A stretch of 64,000 bases of DNA, from NCBI RefSeq assembly GCF_000143415.4, contig NW_003314267.1, forward strand, positions 1,185,309 to 1,249,308, in the 5' to 3' direction. This DNA is from Selaginella moellendorffii (Eukaryota > Plantae > Lycopodiophyta). The translations under genes and the position numbers were made by a program. Under the pieces are notes generated by a model. The model had not been told where the DNA came from. It made no database searches and saw nothing but the letters and a program-made list of their open reading frames with translations. Positions within the stretch are counted from its first letter, which is position 1. Every line of letters begins with the position of its first letter. Positions 1 through 12,850 of this stretch are shown here, one piece after another.

Positions 1-421
1 TTTGCTCCTTAAACTCTCTAGCACCTGGAGTGGATTTGGAAAACACATTGGACGGTGTCAACCCTCGTTTCCACGGTGATCTCTGGATGACCTTCACCAG
101 CGAATTGCTAAACTTGGGCATTTGCATCTGCCGCTTGACGTCCCGCTTGACTTTAGCGCGTACTGCTTTCACGAGATCTCGGTGCGTTTTCTCACCCAAG
201 CTATGCACGCCAGAGCGGAGGTTGGCGTAAAAGATACCAAAATAGGGGCCCTCCATACTATAGAGGGGAAAGGGATCATAATAGTCATCGATCACCTCGA
301 CTCTGGCGGTGGACATGTCGACCTCTGCGGCGTTGCAGGCTTGATCCCACACGCGACACAATCGAAGGTCCAGCCTCCGCACCACAGTGCTCACAACGCT
401 CAGATATGAATTCCGTCCCAT
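1..421 (-). CDS. 5' part of lineage-specific ORF (paralog of 14717-15574), truncated by the window edge
   Basis: ATG at 421 on the minus strand (MGRN...), near-identical to the start of the 285-aa ORF at 15574. Confidence 0.6.
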   Translation of the reverse strand, partial: MGRNSYLSVVSTVVRRLDLRLCRVWDQACNAAEVDMSTARVEVIDDYYDPFPLYSMEGPYFGIFYANLRSGVHSLGEKTHRDLVKAVRAKVKRDVKRQMQMPKFSNSLVKVIQRSPWKRGLTPSNVFSKSTPGAREFKEQ

Positions 422-1902
422 CAGAACCTACCGTACCCCTAATTGTCTAATTGAATTTTGAGCTTTTGCGTGAGAGAAAAATTCAAATCCTGTTGCTGCC
501 TTGAGAAACGCAATTTGAACAAACACACCTTGGGCTCATTGCTGCTGCTCACAAGCCGAGCGAGCAATCCTAAACTTGCATATAGATGACAGCTATTTTC
601 TATGCTTTCTTTTCACTGCCCTTTATCGGCCAAAATATCAACCCCATTTTTCCTGAAATCACTGAACGCGATCCATGCAGGAGAACATTTACTCTATCTA
701 TTTATTTATCTATATTCTGTGTTGATAGTCTCGCACTTTGAAGCATGAGACTGATGGATGCATAATGCAAGGGTTTGTGAGCTTTGCTAATGATGCTCGC
801 TACTCCATGCTTCATACAATCTTCAAGCTCCAAGCTCTTCAGAAGTTGTAGACTTTACCTTGTTCTTGGTCTTCCTAGCTCTTCTTGGTTTCAGTGCTCT
901 TGACCTCTCTTTGTTCTATAACTTCTCTTGGCAATAATCTTTTGGCAAATTATTGGCTTGAAAGTTGAGTTGCCTTTGTCCACTTGTTTCTTCTTACTCG
1001 GGTTTATGGCTTGATTGTAGTAGTGGTCTTGGCTGATGAACACTTGACCTTGTCAGTTGCAACCTGCTTCCGAAGTTGCACAAGATGCGAAGAGTACATT
1101 CCATCGTAAGTAACACAAAGCTAGGCAAAGCCTTCACTGAAGAGATCGCATATATGGTACTCGATTTATACCAACTCGCAATCAAGAAGCGAGGTTGCAA
1201 TTGTGATTGTAAAGCCATGGAATCTTCATAGATGAGCAGACGATAACCCTCCTTGACACTCTGCCTGGACACGAAGTAAAGTCCAGCAGCATCGCCTTGC
1301 GTGACACTTCCCCATCACAACTAATGAGGCAGAGCTGGAGAAGGTTCTGGGGCTCCTTCCGGAACATTGGTTGACTAAAAGTTGCAACTACACACCATCG
1401 TGAAAGGAAATGCTGCCAGTTAATTTGTTCTAGTTTTTCCACCAGCCATACCACATTGAAGGTTCTATAGTCAAATATTTCATGTTTCTCTTTATTGCAG
1501 GCTATCTGGAGTTATTCACTGTGTACAATAATCGCAACATAATGGATTTCCAACGCTACCTCACCAGCCACTTCAGAAATGTAGAAGTGAATCTAACTTG
1601 TCTACAAAGACTCACAGCTGAACGGTCTGCGCGATCTCTTTTAAAGGGTAAGGTACGTTTGGAGAATGCCCAGCTGAAATGGTTTCATACCCTCGCTCAC
1701 TTGTTTTACAGACCCAAGATTTAAATTAGAAGGATGCCAGAAACAGTACAAAACGCGGGTTGCTGGTTGAAAGAAGGCCGCTGATGATCCTCAGATTCGC
1801 GAGCTGCTTGAGATCCAAGCAAATCTCTTCACATATATTCCTTCTATAATATTCCTCGTCTCTCACGATCTTCTAAATCGGTTCCCTATTATATTGGCGG
1901 CG

Positions 1903-3923
1903 ATGGAAGCTCTAGCATTGGCGTTCTCCTGGTTGCGACGAGCTCCAGCACAGGCAAGCACGCAGGCAAACACGCAGGCAAGCACACAGGCAACAGGATT
2001 GAAGGTCCTCCTTCTTGAGGTGTGTACAGCTCGCTCGTTTCTGTCATTTTTCCTTGTTCCTTGACATTTTTCGCGTGCGGGCAGACTCCTGCCGCAACAG
2101 CGGACAAGAAAGCGGAGGGTTTCCCAGCGCAGCTCGAGGCAGTGATCGCCGGCGGTGACCCAGCATCAAGTGTTCCCGAGTATGATGCACCTGTACTCGA
2201 AGAGGATGACGAGCATGACTTGCAAGGAACTCCAGATGTAGCTAATCTTCTCTTGCAGCCGGTTACTCCAATCGAGCTGGAGGATTCGTCCTCGCCAGCA
2301 CCACCCTTGCAGCTCGAGGCAGTTCTCACCAGCAGTCACGCGGCAGCGTCAAGTGTTCCCGAGTATGATCTACCACCATTACCTGTACAAACCCATGATT
2401 CGCAAGAGGTAACTCAGAGAGCTTAGATGGTTTGCCTGGAACCGCACCAACCTTCTCTTGCAGCTAGAGGCGGTCATGGTTGGCACTGTGGATTCAGTTC
2501 GGTATACTTCTCTTTGTGGCAAGACACTTGCAATCGACGACGACAACGATGACAACCTGAGCTGGGAGGATATCCAGAGCTTCTCTCGGACCTGGACATT
2601 CCCGTTGGTGCAGCTACCGTCCAGAGCCGAAATGCATCCGGAGGTGGAGGAACTTAAGAAGCTAGTTGGAGAGTGGACTTGGAAGCTACCGACCACTCTT
2701 CAGTCGATAAAAGAAGAAATGTGGAGTAGGCTTTTGAACGCGGGCTTGGAGGACGTCCCAGGAATTATGGGAAGAACTCAAAAACTTCCTGGGGTGGCAT
2801 CGATTCCCAGTTATCAGTTCCCGACGGATGCTTCTGGAGGCAGCGCCAGGTCCTCCTATCTTCGTCTCCAACGAGAATGGACCTTCTCTGTTCCACTGGG
2901 TGGATCGCTGCATAGCTCCACTGTGCGCACAACAAGATGGAGAAGAACAAGCTTCAGTCTTTTGGCACAGGTTGAGAGGCGATGGCACCAGCAGCGTGAG
3001 AAAGCACAGGAGGCCTCCAGACAAGAATAGTGAAGGACAAGAACCTTCTGGCAGCAATGGCCGAGGAGTCATCCTAAAAGGTATGTCTCTGTTGACAGGA
3101 ATTAGATATGTATTCGTACTAAGATCTACACTGAACAGGTGCTAAAGCGTCATGCAGCAGCAGGATCTCGAAAGTTGTTGAGGCAAGCTGATGTTTCATC
3201 GACACCAGCTTCAGTCTTTTGGCGGAGCTTGCAAGGTGATGGTGTGGGAATGCACAGGAGGCTTCCATACAAGAATAGTGAAGAACTTGCAGCAGCAATG
3301 GCCGACAAGTCATCCTACAAGGTATGCCTCTGCTGACAGGAAGCAGATATATTCGTACTATATGCTGGATGGACATTGAACAGGTGCTAAAGTCCCATGC
3401 AGCCACAGGATTTCCATCTCAGAAGTTACTGGCTGGCGGCACTGGTGACACTAAGGAGGCTAGCAGCAATGCTTCACCACCACCAGCATCGCCACCACCT
3501 TTTATGTGGTGGTGGTTCCCTCGAAGCTTGGGCGAGGATGGTGGGAAGGCCAAGAGGATCAACACCGAAACGTTTCAAGAAGCTGAAGAGACTTCATTAT
3601 CGATCTCTCAGAGTTTAGTGTATGACGTCGGGGTGAGCAGCGGCAGTGCCAGTGATTTCATTGAGTTATTTGAAGGAGAAGGCATTAGCAGCAGTGATGC
3701 CTTCCTGAACTCGCTGTTGGAAGGCGAAGGTGGCAGCAGCAGCAGCAATGCGTATCTTCAGCTGGCTTCCTCCAATGATCTCAACTTGCAAGCGACGGCT
3801 GTGGCGGCAACTCCGCTGCTTCTTCCAATCCTTGGCGGGCTGCTGGTTGCGCTGCTCCTCCTCTTCTTTCTCTACTTCCTCTCGGGGTGGGGGAGGAGGA
3901 AGAGAGGGCTCCTGCCTCACTGA
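1903..3923 (+). pseudogene. Disrupted copy of 4-exon orphan gene for a tail-anchored membrane protein
   Basis: Exons ~1903-2019, 2085-3080, 3139-3321, 3384-3923 with GT-AG introns. Relative to the intact copy at 59093-61116 it has a +1 insertion near 2415, an 11-nt deletion near 2750 and a TAA near 3075. Confidence 0.75.
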
Positions 3924-4535
3924 GTTCCAGCTTTCGATGCAAATGCATCAGGATGTGCAGTGGACGGGATCAAGTTGTCGCAGGCATGGCTAGGTACTTG
4001 GATCAAAACTTGAAGCCGGTGGCTTAACACTCCGTGACCCCCAACGGGAGTGATAAAACTTTGGTGGCAGGTTTTCATCGGCTGGAGAGAAGGTGGCTCT
4101 AGCGTCATCAAGGCAAGAAGTGAGCGGATATATCTTACAAAACAGAGGTTTCTGGTGGTTCTGGAGCTTTGTCTGGTCATACACAACTTTCTATACCAAT
4201 TGATGGTGTAAGTGCAAGCTAGGAAGAAAGATCATATACTGAGTGTTTGTAGAATTTAAACATTGCTGATTCAGAAAAACAGTTTTTTGTTTTCTTCGAG
4301 GCTTGGTGGGAAGCAAAAAAAGTTGCATGACTAGAAGTAACACTTGGACAGCAAGATGAGTTACTACCCTATATGAGAGGTAAATGGAAGAAAACACAGT
4401 TACATTGCTTGTGAAAGGATTCGTGCAAAGCCTTCTCTTGTGCGTCTCTTCTCGTCTCCAATCTTTGCTCACTTGGTTATGGCCTGAAAGATGAACGAAA
4501 AAAAGAACAGCCCTTAACCAGTGACTGAGATTTCA

Positions 4536-7500
4536 TAGATGGTAGTGCAAGTGTTAACATTATTAAACGCTCAATATACAAAGTGATGGGACTTGAACCA
4601 ATTTAACTAGCATCCTTTAAAGTCAAAATGGCTAATGACAAAAGTGTGTAACCATTTGGAACCATCCACAACATCCTAATCAAGATCAACAATCAAAAGT
4701 TCAAGGTGACTTTCATCATACTCAAGATGGATAAAGAATATCGTTCCTATGAAGTATTTCTTGGACGAACTTGGCTCAAGATAGTTGATGTTGTTATATA
4801 CTGGTAGAAGAGCATAATTGCCTTTGGAAAGCATCAAAAACCCCCTTGAATCTCCATAAGTACAACAAAGAAAATTCCAAAGAAATTCTGACCAACTATT
4901 ATTTAACACTACAATTGGAATGAATGCCTTAACAACTATGAAGAAGTACAAATCATAAAGGCAAATCTAGAATTAAAGTCCCTTGTCGAAGTTAATCTCA
5001 ATTGAGTTATTCCAAAGCCTAATTCAATTTGCTCAACAAAACTTGAAACTCAAGAAACTCAACTCAAGGAAAACTCCTAACTTAAGAAAATTCAACACTT
5101 AAGATTACATCAACAGAAATCAAGAAATAGTATGGCCAACTGGGAATTAAACCTGAGCATCTCCAACTAATTTAGCAATAAATCAACCTTAAGGAAGAAC
5201 TAACTCTTTGACAAAAAGACTCGTAACTCAAACCAATTCTCAATCTTGAAAAACCAACTAAAGAAATCAGCTTAGGAACCAAAGATGAACCATGGATGTT
5301 TCATATCACTAGAGATTTAGATCACATCTTTAGAGATAGAGCAATTGACATTCTAAAGAAGTATAAAGATATTTTTGCTTGGTCTTACATAAATTTGAGA
5401 AGAATCCCTCCCGAGATCTGTATACATCAAATTGAACTTTTTCTTCAGATTATACTATGGAAACAATCAACATACCAAATGAACCTCAACATGCAATTGA
5501 AAGTCAAAGAAGCACTCGACAAACTCAAGAAAGTCAGTTTCATTTACCCAATCCAAAATCTAGAATAGTTATCACCACTAGTCATTGTTTTTAACAAAAA
5601 CAATAAACTCATGATCCATCTTAACTACAAAAAGCTCAATAACACCATATGGAATAACACATTCTCAATTCCCTTTTCTAATGAGATTCTTGATACAATT
5701 GTGAGATACAAAATGTACTCATTCCTTGACAGTTTCTAAGGATACAACTAAGTTTATATTGCACCTAAAGATTAGTACAAGATAGCTTTCATCAATCTAT
5801 AAGGCACTTATATGTATATCTATGTATGCCATTTGATTTTTCTAACACACCATTTACTTTCCAAAGAGTTATCATTGACACTTTTAGAGAATACTTTACC
5901 AGATTCATGTGAGTTTGCATAGATAACTTTAGTGCTTTCAACAGCAAAGAACACCATCTTTACTATCTTGAGAAAGGCTTCATTAGATATCAAAAAAACA
6001 ACATTGCCTTGAATCTTGAGAAATGCAATTTTTTCTCCGAAGCCTGGAGTTCTACTTCGATGTGTCATTTGCAAAGAAAGCATCCTCACTAACAAAGACA
6101 AGACTCTCATTATCACCAATATGCAACATCCAACAAATATTGCCAAACTTTGAACTTTCCTTGGCAAAATAAGATACCATCGACAATTCATCAAAAATTA
6201 TACAAAAATCACCAAACCACTCACCCAGCTCTTCAAGAAGAATCAAGTTTACAAATGGACTCAAGAATGTTAAAAACCTTTCAACACAATTAAGAATTCA
6301 TTAACAAAAACTTTAATATTTTTTTAACAAAATTGGAGCAAAGACTTCAACATTCAAGTCGACACCTCCAACTATGCAATCAGAGTGATTCTTTCACGAT
6401 AATAAAAAAACTACAAAATTGACCAATCTACTACACCAGTCAAAGACTCAATTCAACTTAAATGAACTACACTACTACAGAGAAAAAAGTTCTTGGAATG
6501 GTTTATGCACTTTAGAAGTTTTGACATAACCTTCTCGGCAACAAAGTAAAAATCATGATCGACTATAAAACACTTCTATACCTTTTCAACAAAACCATCC
6601 TCAACAGCAAAATTGCCTAATAGTTCTTACTCCTTCAAGAATATAACTTCAAGATCATTTATAAGCCCAACAAATAACACAAACAAGTTGACCACCTTAG
6701 CCATATTATGACAAGTGAACAACCAAAGTATAACGAGGATAACTTCCCCAACTCCAACATCTTGTAAATCCATACTTCATCAACCTAGATACAAGACATT
6801 TACCACTACCTAACAACAATGAAAATACCAAACTAATACATTATTTCTGACCAACACAAGCAATTCATTTTAAAGATAAGACCATATTCAGTTATGGGAG
6901 GAAGACTATACAAGAAAAGATGAGACAATGTATTATGAAGATGTGTACAACCTAAAGAAACTCAAGATTTACTTGAAGAAGCTCATTGTAGATAAGCAGG
7001 AAAACACTTTGCAAAAGAAATCACAACTCGATAGATTTTACAAGCTAAACTTTGGCGGCCAACACTCTAAAATGATTCAGCAAAATTTTGTTATGAATAT
7101 AACATTTATTAAAGAACCAAGCATGTGTCAAAAATGTAGAATCAAGGACTTCATCCAACAACTTCTCTCAAACCACTTAACAATTTTGTAGAACCACTTA
7201 CAACAAGTTCAAAATAAAACAAATATATCCTCATAACTACTAATTACATAACAAAGTGGGTTGAAGCTCAATTAATAAATGTTGCAATAGGGAAAAACAC
7301 AGTAAAGGTCATTTATAAAAACATTATCACAAGGAACAATTTACCTCAAGAATTTGTTATAAATCGAGAAACACACTTCATTAACAAAACTACCAATATT
7401 CTTACTCAAGAATTCACAATCAAGCATAAAGCTTTAACACTATACTATCCTCAAGGAAATGGTCAAACCTACAAACAAGACCTTACAAAATATATTCAAA

Positions 7501-7878
7501 AGGGATCATGAAGATGAATAAAAAAGACTGGGACAATTGTATCCACAATGCCCTTATCAAACTATTTATAAGCTTTTAACAAATTTGACATCATTTAAGC
7601 TTGCTTACAGCTTGACACCACTTAAGTACATCATTCTTTCATTACAAATGGCAATACTCTATGCGATCAACCAAGAAGAATCAATGACCAATGATAGAAA
7701 AGCTTAACAAAAAATAACTATAAGCAATTTGGACACTTAAAACCATTCAAGCTAAAAGAAAAGCCAACCATGACAAAAAAAGACAACTCAAGAAAAGTGA
7801 AGAATTCAAGGTTAGAGATCAAGTTTTATAATTTCAAGGAAATATAAAAAAAATCAACTCAAAGATACAATCAAGATG
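4536..7878 (+). mobile_element. Degenerate Ty3/gypsy pol remnant (protease-RT-RNaseH-integrase), copy 1
   Basis: IDGSASVNII protease, DIFAWSY..CIHQIEL, RT and RNaseH (DTSNYAI) relics, integrase YYPQGNGQ. Many stops; gypsy domain order. Confidence 0.9.
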
Positions 7879-7885
7879 AGAAGGA

Positions 7886-8870
7886 CAATATTTAAACCCA
7901 TGGATTTTTCTAAAATTGTTTTCTTTAATTGCTTATAACTTTCCACTAGTGAAGAGTGACTGACATTGATTCCATGCATGAAGGAACTCCACTAAAGTGT
8001 ATCAAGGTGGAAATTTTCTGCAAATGAACAACGTGATTGACAAAGCTAAGTTGCAATTCAAGGTTTTGATCTCCACACTAGAGATGTGAAAGTCCAAAAC
8101 TTTTGCTAGTAAAGCAATCATGATTCTCTATGAAGATTTGTAGTAAAAGACACAGTGCTACCTCTGTGACAAGCTCATCAAGGAACTTCATATCACAATG
8201 ATAATAATCCAAGACAGCCTCAAATGCAAAACACTCGTCCCTTCATTGTAGCATTCATTCTGAAACTCAACACCACCATTCTACTACAAATCAAAGAGAT
8301 AGAAATAAATAATAGCAACAAAAGACTAAGGAAAGCCACAAACACAGAGACATCATAAACACAAAGAAAAGGGGAATGTGCTTAAAGAATATGAGACAAT
8401 TTCCCATTAACAGTAAATTATCATTAGGATCCGTCCCCACAAAATAAAGAAAATCATCATTAAGGCAATATTGAAAATGTAAATACTTATATAACAAATC
8501 ATCAATAAATAATGCAAAATTCTCAAACTTATTATAAAGCCTTTAGACAACTCAACCTCACTAGGACTCAATAAATTTGTCACATTAGGCTTAGCTTTGG
8601 GGTGACCTTTGAAGTGTTGAGGTAAGTCATATATGACATGTTTATAGTGTGAGTATACACTTTCATATAACCTAATAGAAAACATCACATGATTGGGGAG
8701 AAATCTAGATAACTACACTCCCTTCCAACTTCTTTATGCATTAATGTTATGCATCCAATCTAGCTTAGGCAACTAGCATTGAAGGCCTAAATTTCACTTT
8801 GCAACTCCAACCAGCTCTTGGAGCTTAAGGAGACTAGAGAGCATGCAGCCCTGCACAATTGACTATACCA
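7886..8870. repeat. ~1-kb segment present inverted at 24075-25079
   Basis: 'ggagactagagagcatgcagccctgcacaattgactatacca' (~8830-8870) is the reverse complement of 24075-24117. The ORF relics 8291-8497(-) and 24449-24655(+) match each other. Confidence 0.9.
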
Positions 8871-9100
8871 GCAATAACTCATTTGTCAGCAAAGGAAGAC
8901 ACATGGCTCAACTTTTCAGACAGGGATCTCATCTGGCTTTAAAATATCTGAACCCATCAACCAAAGCTAGAACCAGCTTGGAGCGGCCCATTTCAGGTGA
9001 AAAGCATCACTGGTGCAAAGTTTATTTTACGTTCAAGTGATAGATGGCCACATCTTGCCTAATCCCTTCAACAGGGTTCATCTTCAATGCTATTACATAT
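8690..9100 (+). mobile_element. Integrase C-terminal fragment of a second gypsy family
   Basis: Translates TPFQLLYA ... FSDRDLIWL*..PKLEPAWSGPFQVKSITG (GPY/F motif), with stops. Confidence 0.6.
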
Positions 9101-9499
9101 AACAGCAGCAACATACACATAGAGGTTATCTAGTTCTTCATTTTTGCTTCACCACGCAGCCCCATCATGTAAAGTCTCAAAAAAAGCTCATGCATCTATG
9201 AGTTTTATTCATATCAAAACACTTCTAACAAGTCCCCTCTTCTTCCTAATGGGTGGAGTAGCGTATTGCTCTAACGTGCCTTTTTTCACAACATTCAGAG
9301 TGCGGATATATGGGGATATTCCCTCGAGATGCATATGTGGATGAGCTCCGGATACTTCTCTTCTATGTCCAGCTTGGCCACCGTCAGCAATCTCCAACTT
9401 CAAACTCGTACAGCTGCTGCTCAGCCACATCTTACAGTGAGGCAAAACTATTGCCGTGTGTTGTGCTTGAAGCAAGCAAAGGCACTTCCGAGCATGCAG

Positions 9500-10740
9500 T
9501 AACGCAATGAAACCGAACCCAGAAAATCCAGCCGGCATGCTGTTTGGTAGAGCGTTACTTTCCTGGTCCCAATCGCCGACCACTTGATAACCGGGCATAT
9601 GTTGTAGTTGCATGATCGAGGAGCTTGCCTCGCTCGGCAGAAGAAGACGCAGCATCCAGGTATAATTCGGCCAGGAAAAACCCCAGTGCCTGGTACACAT
9701 TTCCAGCTCGAGAAGAAGCTCGCTTTGCTCCTTCCAGTCTATACCACTGCTGGAAACGCGCTCGAGAATACCGTATCCAACGTGATATAGTCCACTGTCT
9801 TGCATAAACTGCGTCACCTCACTAGCTGAGACCGAGCTCTCAGAAGCCGGATATGCCAAGCAGCCGTCTACGCAGGGCGCGATACCTGAAGCCTCGGGAT
9901 CGACTTCGACCTCTAAACGCGAGCTGTCGATGATGAAAGGTTGTGTCAAGCTCTTGGGACAATCGGCCACCGCCTCCTCGCCTTTGATCAGGCTCCGTAG
10001 CCGAGTGCTTCGACGTTCGTGTGCATGGCTGTCTTCGACTTCTGAGAAGAAGATCATCTGTCAGCTTGGCAGAAGTCTCGCTGCTGCTCCATCGGGACCT
10101 TGCACCGAGAAGAGAACGCGAGAATTGGCAAGATAGCAGCCGTTCTTCTCGTTGAGCTCCTCACTCTTCAAAACCTTCCATTCCTGCCTGTTTTGCAGTG
10201 ACTCCAGAGTAGCCTTGATAAGGAAAAGCCAAGACGGCTCCTCAAGTACTGCTTCCTCTTTTCCTCTTGGATGTATCCGGGACAACGTCGAGCTTCCTCT
10301 TCCGCTGAAACGAAAGGTTGGGATGTGCCGGTTCCAAACTGTCCATCCCCGAAATGCCGGTGCCATGGTGCTTGCCTTCAATAACTCTCTTGGTATGAAG
10401 CGCGCGAGTGTGCGAAGGATGGAAACGTTTCACGACTGAGATGCAGCCTGTCTCGTCTCCAATGGCGATCAAAACTTCGACGAGTTTCTCCATGCGCCTT
10501 GCAACTCCCTGATAGGAAGAACACTATATATTCTTACAGTGTTGCAGAAAAAAACCCCATCGCAAGTAAGAACTCAAAGAAGAAATTTCGAAAGCAAAGC
10601 TTTCACCAAGTGTTTGAAGTCACCTGTGACTTGATCGACAAAGGATCTTGGGTGATCGCCTGGAAGGTCCCCGCTTTGCAGCATCTTGGTAGAGCTTCGG
10701 GAGATGGGACTCCTGCGCAGAGAGAAAGCAGCTTCTAACC
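9500..10740 (-). pseudogene. Chimeric lineage-specific gene relics, duplicated (diverged) at ~13040-14330
   Basis: ELLLELEMCTRHW / ELLLELDKYTRHW, DWDQESNAL / DWDQENNAL and VIEGKHHGTG / VIEEKHHGTG are shared between the two segments. No recognisable domain. Confidence 0.55.
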
Positions 10741-10883
10741 TGCGCTTCTTTTGTGCGGGCCGAAGGCTCCAATCGGCTTCTACTCTCGTTGATAGATCGC
10801 ATACAGGCGTCACGCAGAGAGTCGTCGCTCTACGGGAGCTCCCAAAAACCCTAATCGATTGAAGAGAGACCAAGGGGAAAGAA

Positions 10884-11180
10884 ATGTATCGCATCGCAGG
10901 CGTTTCCCGCATGAAGCAGTGCCGAGAGTCTCCAAGGCTCTTTTCTTCCCGAGCGCACTTGCCTATGGGCACGCACTTGCCCACGGCGGCAACTGCTGGC
11001 AAAGAGATTTCAAAGAAGCGAATGGAAGACGAGAAGACGTGGGTGTGGAACTGCATCATCAGAGACTACGGCATGCTTGGCCGAGTCGAGTGCGCTCGAG
11101 AGGCATTTCTGCAGTGTCCAGCTAGGAACTTCCTGAGCTGGAAGCATATGCCCACAAGGGGCATTACGGGAAAGTGCTAG
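10884..11180 (+). pseudogene. PPR (PLS-type) gene fragment
   Basis: WVWNCIIRDYGMLGRVECAREAFLQCPARNFLSW is a typical PLS PPR motif; short and isolated. Confidence 0.6.
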
Positions 11181-11619
11181 AGATTGAAGACAAGATCCCG
11201 GCTGTGATGTATCAGCTTGCTCCGCCTCCTCCTTCTCCAGCATCCATCTTTGATGCTGTTTCTCTGTACCAGAAAGGCAAGAGGTGGGCAGCATGGGAAC
11301 TTCTTCAATGAGGAAAATGGAAGGAAGCTTCTTTTTTTGGCATTGGGCAAATACAAGACAGTTTCTATGCTTCTTGTGTTCACTTCCCTCTTGACTTATG
11401 GCAATGTCCAGCTTTTCAAGCTAATTCGGACCATGATAGAAGGATCTTCACTGACCGAAGAAAGCCTCACCCATCTAGCATGCTGCCAGGGCACTCGAGG
11501 TGTTTCAGGCGTTCCAGTGGAAGCTACGCGAGCTGCGAAGGAACTAGCCTACGTTGTAAGTTTTTGCGAAACAGGCAGCGCTGACACCAGCTCAGGTGCA
11601 TGCGTGGTTATTATCGTCT

Positions 11620-12176
11620 GGACAAGTCTAGCTTTGGGCCGGTCTCACTGTGCCTCTCCAGTTCCCGGCACGGCACTCGTATGGCATCAATAAGCTCGCG
11701 TTTCTGACCGGAACATGTCCTGAGAGATATCAATGTTTCGGTTACGAAAGCTGGGCTGGTGAAGTAGCCACTGCCGGAGGAGAGCTTCAGCGCGGTCACT
11801 CCGGAGGGACTTGCCAGTGTTGAAGGGGCGCTTGCCTGGAAATGCGTTGGTCAGGGCTGGAGTGATCGGGCTCTCTGTTCAAGGCAGTCCTTGAGATTTG
11901 GAAACATCTTTTGGCGTCCTCCAGGAGTTGTGTCGTCGAGCTTCGAACGTACGGTGTTCGTGGCATCTTCACCTCCTCGAGCTCGATATCTAGATGAGGG
12001 GCAGCCGCGCGTGGAAGTCCTCAGCGCTGGGAACTCCAAGGAGGCATGAGCGTGGCAGAACTGGAACGGATCTAGCACGATTGGAGCACTCTTTTTCCTT
12101 TTCTCTGTTTTGTTCCGGTGCTCCTTACTATAATATATCTAACGCTTGAAACTAACCAAAACCAAACTAGACCTCA
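11620..12176. repeat. Segment repeated in inverted orientation at ~28030-28600
   Basis: Near-identical peptides TALKLSSGSGYFTSPAFVTETLISLRTCSGQKRELID at 11611-11799(-) and 28418-28699(+). Confidence 0.9.
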
Positions 12177-12281
12177 GACCTCACCATAACCGCTAGACCT
12201 CTCCACGTGGACAAGTTTGCAACCAACGTTCTAGACATGGAGGGAGCTAGAATGCCAAGTTCATCATAATTGCGCTGCCTA

Positions 12282-12850
12282 TCAACATAAGTCCATCAGC
12301 ATATACCGCGGCGACACATCCTCAAATCGCCTGGGCTCGCACCTCCTCACCACGATCTTCTGCGCTGCTCCACGGTTCCCATGAAACCTCCACACGCCCG
12401 CGACCGTATTCCTTGGTCCACTCCACCAGCTGGTTATACACGTCGGGCTCGTAGCAGCTGTTCGCCGAGAAATCCATTTCCCATGGCCTCTCCCGCAGCA
12501 TGCACATGGTGCTCGAAGCTCCCCAGCCGGACACTCCCGTGCAAACATCAGAGCAGTAGCAGCAGCAGCAGCAGGACTATTACAGTGGCTTCAAACCGCA
12601 GCATCACTTCCCTTCCCCGATGTGATTCATCTCTTGCGCATAAACAAATCCTGCTCCATAAGCTCCAACTTTCCACGGACGAGCTCGGCCAAACTTGGGC
12701 ATTTACATCAGCCGCTTGACGTCCTGCTTGACGTCTTCTTGCTTGAGAGCAGCGGCACACCCTGAAAGCTCCTGACTTTCCTCGGGGCTCCAAGTTCTCA
12801 GCTCCTCGTCGTCTCCGCTGCAAGCGCTTCCTGGTGATAGCGAAGGATCG
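12282..12850 (-). pseudogene. Degenerate paralog of the 14717-15574 ORF
   Basis: Shares EMDFSANSCYEPDVY.QLVEW, REVMLRFEA and IV.RRCEP; frameshifted. Confidence 0.7.

Larger units (their letters stand above)
1..4530 (+). repeat. Repeat unit A, copy 1 (runs off window start)
   Basis: Colinear and highly similar to 15151-19556 (position 1 'tttgctccttaaactctctagcacc' = 15151 'ttcgctccttaaactctctagcacc') and, inverted, to ~58540-61655. Confidence 0.95.

Noticed and set aside
416-427. tcccatcagaac 12-mer matching 5S rRNA (also at ~15570)
   Set aside because: The flanks do not extend the match and it overlaps an ORF start, so it is likely chance.
10574-10660. QVTGDFKHLVKALL resembling an annexin repeat
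   Set aside because: Single short motif with no other annexin features.
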